Assembly: GCA_964016885.1 (NCBI GenBank)
Contig: OZ024741.1
Coordinates: forward strand, 256,432,001 to 256,496,000
DNA from: Eledone cirrhosa
Lineage: Eukaryota
Reading direction: 5' to 3'
DNA length: 64,000 bases
Shown here: positions 55,501-64,000 of the stretch, in pieces
Layout of the letters: every line of letters begins with the position of its first letter
How positions within the stretch are numbered: position 1 is the first letter of the stretch
The notes under the pieces: generated by a model
Databases searched by the model: none
Told to the model about the DNA's origin: nothing
The model's input: the letters and a program-made list of their open reading frames with translations, nothing else
Program-made: the position numbers and the translations under genes

Positions 55501-55707
55501 TTTTGACTTACGAGTGTTTCGACTTACGAGTGTTTCGACTTACGAGTGTTTCGGCTTACGTGAGTTTCGACTTAAGAGTGTTCTGATTTACGAGTGTTCT
55601 GACTTGCGGGTGTTCTGATTTACGAGTGTTCCGATGTACGAGTGTTTCGGCTTATTAGTGTTTCGACTTACGAGTGTTTCGGCTTACGAGTGTTTCGACT
55701 TATGGGT
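43581..55707 (+). repeat. Tandem duplication of a block of about 6.04-6.09 kb, each copy holding two subunits of about 2.65 kb
   Basis: Offset 6,040 (43943/49983, 45362/51402, 46618/52658), then 6,087 (47119/53206, 47991/54078, 49283/55370); internal offsets 2,629-2,675. Confidence 0.92.
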
Positions 55708-57400
55708 GTTTCGACTTACGAGTGTTTTTAATTACGGTGTTTCCGCTTACGAGTGTTTCGACATACGAGTGTTTTGACTTACGGGTGTTTCGACTACGAG
55801 TGTTTTGACTTACGAATGTTTTGACTTACGGGTGTTTCGGCTTACGAGTGTTTCGTCTTACGAGGGTTTCGGCTTACGCGTGTTTCGACTAACTAATGTT
55901 CTTACTTACGAGTGTTTCGGCGTACGAGAGTTTTGACTTACGAGTGTTTCGACTTACGAGTGTTTCGACTTACGAGTGTTTCGACTTACGGGTGTTTTGA
56001 CTTACGGTTGTTTCGGCTTACGAGTGTTTTGACTTACGAGTGTTTTGACTTAAGGGTGTTTCGACTTACGAGTATTTTTGGCTTACGAGTGTTTCGACTT
56101 ACGAGTGTTTCGACTTACGAGTGTTCTGATTTACGGATGTTTCGACATACGAGTGTTTCGACTTACGAGTGTTTCGACTTATGAGTGTTTCGACTTACGA
56201 GTGTTTCGGCTTACGAGTGTTTCGACGTACGAATGTTTTGTCTTACGAGTGTTTCGGCTTATGAGTGTTTCGGCTTACGAGTGTTTCGACTTACGAATGT
56301 TTCGGCTTACGAGTGTTTCAGTGTTTCGGCTTACGTGTGTTTCGACTTACGAGTGTTTCGACTTACGACTGTTTCGGCTTACGAGTGTTTCGGCTTACGA
56401 GTGTTTCGGCTTACGAGTGTTTTGACTTACGAGTGTTTTGACTTACGATTGTTTGGCTTACGAGTGTTCTGACTTACGGGTGTTCTGACTTACGAATGTT
56501 CCGACTTACGAGTGTTTCGGCTTATGAGGGTTTCGACTTACGAGTGCTTCGGCTTACGAGTGTTTCGACTTACGAGTGTTTCGGCTTACGAGTGTTTCGA
56601 CTTACGAGTGTTTCGACTTACGAGTGTTTTGACTTACGGTGTTTCGGCTTACGAGTGTTTCGACATACGAGTGTTTTGACGTACGGGTGTTTCGACTTAC
56701 GGGTCTTTCGACTTAAGAGTGTTTCGACTTACGAGCGCTTCGACTTACGAGTGTTTCGACTTACGAGTGTTTCGGCGTATGAGTGTTTTGACTTACGAAT
56801 GTTTCGACTTACGAGTGTTTCGACTTACGAGTGTTTCGAATTACGAGTGTTTCGACTTACGAGTGTTTTGACTTACGAGTGTTTTGACTTCGGTGTTTCT
56901 GCTTACGAGTGTTTCGACTTACGAGTGTTATGACTTACGGGTGTTTTCACATACGAGTGTTTCGACTTACGAGTGTTTTGACTTACTTGTGTTTTGACAT
57001 ACGAGTGTTTCGATACGAGTGTTCTGACTTACGAGTGTTCTGACTTACGAGTGTTCTGACTTACGAGTGTTTCGACATACGAGTGTTTTGACTTACGAGT
57101 GTTTTCACTTACGAATGTTTTGACTTACGAATGTTTCGACTTACGAGTGTTCCGACTTACGGGTGATTCGACTTACGAGTGTTTTGGCTTACGGTGTTTC
57201 GGCTTACGAGTGTTTCGAGTTACGACTGTTTTGACTTACACGTGTTTTGACATACGAGTGTTTCGATACGAGTGTTCTGACTTACGAGTGTTCTGACTTA
57301 CGAGTGTTCTGACTTACGAGTGTTCTGACTTACGAGTGTTCCGACTTTACGAGTGTTTCGGCTCACGAGTGTTTCGGCTTACGAGTGTTTCGACTTACGA

Positions 57401-57469
57401 AAATAACAAATAGACGCGGTTTCAAATCTCTATGCTTTTCAAATTCATTACATTAATCTTTATTTATAC
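57401..57469. repeat. 69-bp AT-rich insert, copy 15
   Basis: Identical core; 3' junction GTTTGGCTTTACG, shared with copy 17. Confidence 0.97.
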
Positions 57470-59029
57470 GTTTGGCTTTACGAGTGTTTCGACTTACGAG
57501 TGTTTCGACATACGAGTGTTTCGGCTTACGAGTGTTTTGATTTACGAGTGTTTTGACTTACGGGTGCTTCGACTTACGCGTGTTTCGACTTACGAGTGTT
57601 TCGACTTACGAGTGTTTCGACTTACGAGTGTTTCGGCTTACGAGTGTTTTGACTTACGAATGTTTTGACTTACGATTGTTTCGGCTTACGAGTGTTTCGA
57701 CTTACGAGTGTTCTGACTACGAGTGTTCTGATTTACGGGTGTTCTGACTTACGAGTGTTCCGACTTACGAGTGTTTCGGCTTATGAGTGTTTCGACTTAC
57801 GAGTGCTTCGACTTACGAGTGTTTCGGCTTACGGGTGTTTCGACTTACGAATGTTTTTGCTTACGAGTGTTTCGGCTTACGAGTGTTTCGGCTTATGAGT
57901 GTTTCGACTTACGAGTGTTTTGACTTACGGGTGTTTTGACATACGAGTGTTTCGATACGATTGTTCCGACTTACGAGTGTTTCCGCTTACGAGTGTTTCG
58001 GCTTACGAGTGTTTCGACTTACTAATGTTTTTACTTACGAGTGTTTCGGTGTACGAGTGTTTCGACTTAAGGATGTTTCGACTTACGAGTGTTTCGACTT
58101 ACGAGTGTTTCGACTTACGAGTGTTTCGACTTACGAGTGTTTTGGCTTACGAATGTTTTGACTTACGGGTGTTTCGACTTACGAGTGTTTCGGCTTATGA
58201 GTGTTTCGACTTACGGGCGTTTCGACTTACGGGTGTTTCGACTTACGAGTGTTTTGGCTTACGAATGTTTTGACTTACGGGTGTTTCGACTTACGAGTGT
58301 TTCGACTTATGAGTGTTTCGACTTACGAGTGTTTCGGCTTATGAGTGTTTCGACTTACGAGTGCTTCGGCTTACGAGTGTTTCGACTGACGAGTATTTCG
58401 GCTTACGAGTGTTTCGACGTACGAATGTTTTGGCTTACGAGTGTTTCGGCTTATGAGTGTTTCGGCTTACGAGTGTTTCGACTTACGACTGTTTTGGCTT
58501 ACGAGTGTTTCGGCTTACGAGTGTTTCGGCTTACGAGTGTTTTGAATTACGATTGTTTGGCTTACGAGTGTTCTGACTTACGGGTGTTCTGACTTACGAG
58601 GGTTCCGACTTACGAGTGTTTCGGCTTATGAGGGTTTCGACTTACGAGTGCTTCGGCTTACGAGTGTTTCGACTTACGAGTGTTTCGAATTACGAGTGTT
58701 TCGACTTACGAGTGTTTTGACTTACGAGTGTTTTGACTTACGGTGTTTCTGCTTACGAGTGTTTCGACTTACGAGTGTTATGACTTACGGGTGTTTTGAC
58801 ATACGAGTGTTTCGACTTACGAGTGTTTTGACTTACGGGTGTTTTGACATACGAGTGTTTCGATAGGAGTGTTCTGACTTACGAGTGTTCTGACTTACGA
58901 GTGTTCTGACTTACGAGTGTTCTGACTTACGAGTGTTCTGACTTACGAGTGTTCTGACTTACGAGTGTTCCGACTTTACGAGTGTTTCGGCTCACGAGTG
59001 TTTCGGCTTACGAGTGTTTCGACTTACGA

Positions 59030-59098
59030 AAATAACAAATAGACGCGGTTTCAAATCTCTATGCTTTTCAAATTCATTACATTAATCTTTATTTATAC
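59030..59098. repeat. 69-bp AT-rich insert, copy 16
   Basis: Identical to copy 1. Confidence 0.97.
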
Positions 59099-60649
59099 GT
59101 TTCGCTTTACGAGTGTTTCGACTTACGAGTGTTTCGACATACGAGTGTTTCGGCTTACGAGTGTTTTGATTTACGAGTGTTTTGACTTACGGGTGCTTCG
59201 ACTTACGCGTGTTTCGACTTACGAGTGTTTCGACTTACGGGTGTTTTGACTTACGGTTGTTTCGGCTTACGAGTGTTTTGACTTACGAGTGTTTTGACTT
59301 AAGGGTGTTTCGACTTACGAGTATTTTTGGCTTACGAGTGTTTCGACTTACGAGTGTTTCGACTTACGAGTGTTCTGATTTACGGATGTTTCGACATACG
59401 AGTGTTTCGACTTACGAGTGTTTCGACTTATGAGTGTTTCGACTTACGAGTGTTTCGGCTTACGAGTGTTTCGACGTACGAATGTTTTGTCTTACGAGTG
59501 TTTCGGCTTATGAGTGTTTCGGCTTACGAGTGTTTCGACTTACGAATGTTTCGGCTTACGAGTGTTTCAGTGTTTCGGCTTACGTGTGTTTCGACTTACG
59601 AGTGTTTCGACTTACGACTGTTTCGGCTTACGAGTGTTTCGGCTTACGAGTGTTTCGGCTTACGAGTGTTTTGACTTACGAGTGTTTTGACTTACGATTG
59701 TTTGGCTTACGAGTGTTCTGACTTACGGGTGTTCTGACTTACGAATGTTCCGACTTACGAGTGTTTCGGCTTATGAGGGTTTCGACTTACGAGTGCTTCG
59801 GCTTACGAGTGTTTCGACTTACGAGTGTTTCGGCTTACGAGTGTTTCGACTTACGAGTGTTTCGACTTACGAGTGTTTTGACTTACGGTGTTTCGGCTTA
59901 CGAGTGTTTCGACATACGAGTGTTTTGACGTACGGGTGTTTCGACTTACGGGTCTTTCGACTTAAGAGTGTTTCGACTTACGAGCGCTTCGACTTACGAG
60001 TGTTTCGACTTACGAGTGTTTCGGCGTATGAGTGTTTTGACTTACGAATGTTTCGACTTACGAGTGTTTCGACTTACGAGTGTTTCGAATTACGAGTGTT
60101 TCGACTTACGAGTGTTTTGACTTACGAGTGTTTTGACTTCGGTGTTTCTGCTTACGAGTGTTTCGACTTACGAGTGTTATGACTTACGGGTGTTTTCACA
60201 TACGAGTGTTTCGACTTACGAGTGTTTTGACTTACTTGTGTTTTGACATACGAGTGTTTCGATACGAGTGTTCTGACTTACGAGTGTTCTGACTTACGAG
60301 TGTTCTGACTTACGAGTGTTTCGACATACGAGTGTTTTGACTTACGAGTGTTTTCACTTACGAATGTTTTGACTTACGAATGTTTCGACTTACGAGTGTT
60401 CCGACTTACGGGTGATTCGACTTACGAGTGTTTTGGCTTACGGTGTTTCGGCTTACGAGTGTTTCGAGTTACGACTGTTTTGACTTACACGTGTTTTGAC
60501 ATACGAGTGTTTCGATACGAGTGTTCTGACTTACGAGTGTTCTGACTTACGAGTGTTCTGACTTACGAGTGTTCTGACTTACGAGTGTTCCGACTTTACG
60601 AGTGTTTCGGCTCACGAGTGTTTCGGCTTACGAGTGTTTCGACTTACGA

Positions 60650-60718
60650 AAATAACAAATAGACGCGGTTTCAAATCTCTATGCTTTTCAAATTCATTAC
60701 ATTAATCTTTATTTATAC
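60650..60718. repeat. 69-bp AT-rich insert, copy 17
   Basis: Identical core; 3' junction GTTTGGCTTTACG, shared with copy 15. Confidence 0.97.
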
Positions 60719-62278
60719 GTTTGGCTTTACGAGTGTTTCGACTTACGAGTGTTTCGACATACGAGTGTTTCGGCTTACGAGTGTTTTGATTTACGAGTGT
60801 TTTGACTTACGGGTGCTTCGACTTACGCGTGTTTCGACTTACGAGTGTTTCGACTTACGAGTGTTTCGACTTACGAGTGTTTCGGCTTACGAGTGTTTTG
60901 ACTTACGAATGTTTTGACTTACGATTGTTTCGGCTTACGAGTGTTTCGACTTACGAGTGTTCTGACTACGAGTGTTCTGATTTACGGGTGTTCTGACTTA
61001 CGAGTGTTCCGACTTACGAGTGTTTCGGCTTATGAGTGTTTCGACTTACGAGTGCTTCGACTTACGAGTGTTTCGGCTTACGGGTGTTTCGACTTACGAA
61101 TGTTTTTGCTTACGAGTGTTTCGGCTTACGAGTGTTTCGGCTTATGAGTGTTTCGACTTACGAGTGTTTTGACTTACGGGTGTTTTGACATACGAGTGTT
61201 TCGATACGATTGTTCCGACTTACGAGTGTTTCCGCTTACGAGTGTTTCGGCTTACGAGTGTTTCGACTTACTAATGTTTTTACTTACGAGTGTTTCGGTG
61301 TACGAGTGTTTCGACTTAAGGATGTTTCGACTTACGAGTGTTTCGACTTACGAGTGTTTCGACTTACGAGTGTTTCGACTTACGAGTGTTTTGGCTTACG
61401 AATGTTTTGACTTACGGGTGTTTCGACTTACGAGTGTTTCGGCTTATGAGTGTTTCGACTTACGGGCGTTTCGACTTACGGGTGTTTCGACTTACGAGTG
61501 TTTTGGCTTACGAATGTTTTGACTTACGGGTGTTTCGACTTACGAGTGTTTCGACTTATGAGTGTTTCGACTTACGAGTGTTTCGGCTTATGAGTGTTTC
61601 GACTTACGAGTGCTTCGGCTTACGAGTGTTTCGACTGACGAGTATTTCGGCTTACGAGTGTTTCGACGTACGAATGTTTTGGCTTACGAGTGTTTCGGCT
61701 TATGAGTGTTTCGGCTTACGAGTGTTTCGACTTACGACTGTTTTGGCTTACGAGTGTTTCGGCTTACGAGTGTTTCGGCTTACGAGTGTTTTGAATTACG
61801 ATTGTTTGGCTTACGAGTGTTCTGACTTACGGGTGTTCTGACTTACGAGGGTTCCGACTTACGAGTGTTTCGGCTTATGAGGGTTTCGACTTACGAGTGC
61901 TTCGGCTTACGAGTGTTTCGACTTACGAGTGTTTCGAATTACGAGTGTTTCGACTTACGAGTGTTTTGACTTACGAGTGTTTTGACTTACGGTGTTTCTG
62001 CTTACGAGTGTTTCGACTTACGAGTGTTATGACTTACGGGTGTTTTGACATACGAGTGTTTCGACTTACGAGTGTTTTGACTTACGGGTGTTTTGACATA
62101 CGAGTGTTTCGATAGGAGTGTTCTGACTTACGAGTGTTCTGACTTACGAGTGTTCTGACTTACGAGTGTTCTGACTTACGAGTGTTCTGACTTACGAGTG
62201 TTCTGACTTACGAGTGTTCCGACTTTACGAGTGTTTCGGCTCACGAGTGTTTCGGCTTACGAGTGTTTCGACTTACGA

Positions 62279-62347
62279 AAATAACAAATAGACGCGGTTT
62301 CAAATCTCTATGCTTTTCAAATTCATTACATTAATCTTTATTTATAC
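62279..62347. repeat. 69-bp AT-rich insert, copy 18
   Basis: Identical to copy 1. Confidence 0.97.
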
Positions 62348-62758
62348 GTTTCGCTTTACGAGTGTTTCGACTTACGAGTGTTTCGACATACGAGTGTTTC
62401 GGCTTACGAGTGTTTTGATTTACGAGTGTTTTGACTTACGGGTGCTTCGACTTACGCGTGTTTCGACTTACGAGTGTTTCGACTTACGAGTGTTTCGGCT
62501 TATGAGTGTTTTGACTTACGAATGTTTTGACTTACGATTGTTTCGGCTTACGAGTGTTTCGACTTACGAGTGTTCTGACTACGAGTGTTCTGACTTACGG
62601 GTGTTCTGACTTACGAGTGTTCTGACTTACGAGTGTTTCGGCTTATGAGTGTTTCGACTTACGAGTACTTCGACTTACGAGTGTTTCGGCTTACGGGTGT
62701 TTCGACTTACGAATGTTTTTGCTTACGAGTGTTTCGGCTTACGAGTGTTTCGGCTTAT

Positions 62759-63676
62759 GAGTGTTTCGACTTACGAGTGTTTTGACTTACGGGTGTTTTG
62801 ACATACGAGTGTTTCGATACGATTGTTCTGACTTACGAGTGTTTCCGCTTACGAGTGTTTCGGCTTACGAGTGTTTCGACTTACTAATGTTTTTACTTAC
62901 GAGTGTTTCTGTGTACGAGTGTTTCGACTTACGAGTGTTTGGACTTACGGGCGTTTCGACTTACGGGTTATTTCGACTTACGAGTGTTTTGGCTTACGAA
63001 TGTTTTGACTTACGGGTGTTTCGACTTACGAGTGTTTCGACTTATGAGTGTTTCGACTTACGAGTGTTTCGGCTTATGAGTGTTTCGACTTACGAGTGCT
63101 TCGGCTTACGAGTGTTTCGACTTACGAGTATTTCGGCTTACGAGTGTTTCGACGTACGAATGTTTTGGCTTACGAGTGTTTCGGCTTATGAGTGTTTCGG
63201 CTTACGAGTGTTTCGACTTACGAGTGTTTTGACTTACGGGTGTTTTGACATACGAGTGTTTCGATACGATTGTTCTGACTTACGAGTGTTTCCGCTTACG
63301 AGTGTTTCGGCTTACGAGTGTTTCGACTTACTAATGTTTTTACTTACGAGTGTTTCTGTGTACGAGTGTTTCGACTTACGAGTGTTTGGACTTACGGGCG
63401 TTTCGACTTACGGGTTATTTCGACTTACGAGTGTTTTGGCTTACGAATGTTTTGACTTACGGGTGTTTCGACTTACGAGTGTTTCGACTTATGAGTGTTT
63501 CGACTTACGAGTGTTTCGGCTTATGAGTGTTTCGACTTACGAGTGCTTCGGCTTACGAGTGTTTCGACTTACGAGTATTTCGGCTTACGAGTGTTTCGAC
63601 GTACGAATGTTTTGGCTTACGAGTGTTTCGGCTTATGAGTGTTTCGGCTTACGAGTGTTTCGACTTACGAGTGTTT
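62759..63676 (+). repeat. 447-bp tandem duplication (28 monomers)
   Basis: Rare variants GTTTCTGTGTACG, GTTTGGACTTACGGGCG and TACGGGTTATTTCG each recur at offset 447. Confidence 0.9.
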
Positions 63677-64000
63677 CGGCTTACGAGTGTTTCAGTGTTT
63701 CGGCTTACGTGTGTTTCGACTTACGAGTGTTTCGACTTACGACTGTTTCGGCTTACGAGTGTTTCGGCTTACGAGTGTTTCGGCTTACGAGTGTTTTGAC
63801 TTACGATTGTTTGGCTTACGAGTGTTCTGACTTACGGGTGTTCTGACTTACCAGTGTTCCGACTTACGAGTGTTTCGGCTTATGAGGGTTTCGACTTACG
63901 AGTGCTTCGGCTTACGAGTGTTTCGACTTACGAGTGTTTCGGCTTACGAGTGTTTCGAATTACGAGTGTTTTGACTTACGGTGTTTCGGCTTACGAGTGT

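Larger units (their letters stand above)
55961..62458 (+). repeat. Tandem duplication of a 3,249-bp block carrying two inserts per copy
   Basis: Constant offset 3,249 for 56078/59327, 56496/59745, 57099/60348, 57432/60681, 58648/61897 and 59061/62310; rare variants are shared. Confidence 0.92.
1..64000 (+). repeat. 16-bp tandem satellite array, consensus GACTTACGAGTGTTTC, head-to-tail, running off both window ends
   Basis: The period is directly visible throughout. Common variants are TTTC>TTTT/TTCT/TTCC, GAC>GGC, GAGT>GGGT/GAAT, TACG>TATG and CTTA>CATA. I saw no reverse-complement monomer (GAAACACTCGTAAGTC) on the + strand. Confidence 0.99.

Noticed and set aside
1525-62347. CRISPR-like reading, with the 69-bp element or the 16-mers as repeats (GTTTCAAAT resembles some CRISPR repeat ends)
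   Set aside because: There are no unique spacers, the intervals are 0.8-16 kb of satellite, and no cas genes or leader are present.
238-63846. Several hundred + strand ORFs of 60-361 aa with repeating YECFDLRVFRLTSVST
   Set aside because: These are translations of a stop-free 16-bp repeat. The same peptide appears in all three frames, frames are broken by TGA-creating variants and indels, starts are mostly GTG/TTG, and there is no domain or codon-position constraint. The absence of - strand ORFs follows from TAA in the monomer.
1-64000. Telomerase-type telomeric repeat (G+T-biased strand, 16-bp unit)
   Set aside because: The consensus has no G-runs, and kb-scale duplications with inherited variants and inserts indicate recombinational rather than template-driven synthesis. 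A subtelomeric location cannot be excluded.
1-64000. Synthetic or purely artefactual sequence
   Set aside because: Hierarchically shared variants and nested duplications look like natural satellite evolution. Individual near-identical duplications could still be assembly errors.

Overview
The whole 64-kb window is one uninterrupted, single-orientation tandem satellite array. The monomer is 16 bp (consensus GACTTACGAGTGTTTC, about 3,900 copies estimated from length). I find no credible protein-coding gene, RNA gene, transposase or CRISPR array. The ORF track is an artefact: the consensus has no stop codon in any + frame, giving the 16-aa period YECFDLRVFRLTSVST, while the - strand carries TAA in almost every monomer. 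The only non-satellite DNA is a 69-bp AT-rich segment present in 18 near-identical copies, always at the same monomer position, in the same orientation and behind nearly the same run of variant monomers. Variant monomers occur in fixed orders that reveal nested higher-order repeats and recent tandem duplications with periods of 40, 447, 830, about 1,650-1,940, 1,691, about 2,650, 2,800, 3,249 and about 6,040-6,090 bp. The picture fits eukaryotic heterochromatic or (peri)centromeric satellite DNA, but the organism and function cannot be determined from the sequence. All functional ideas below are hypotheses, and duplication boundaries were read by eye and are approximate.
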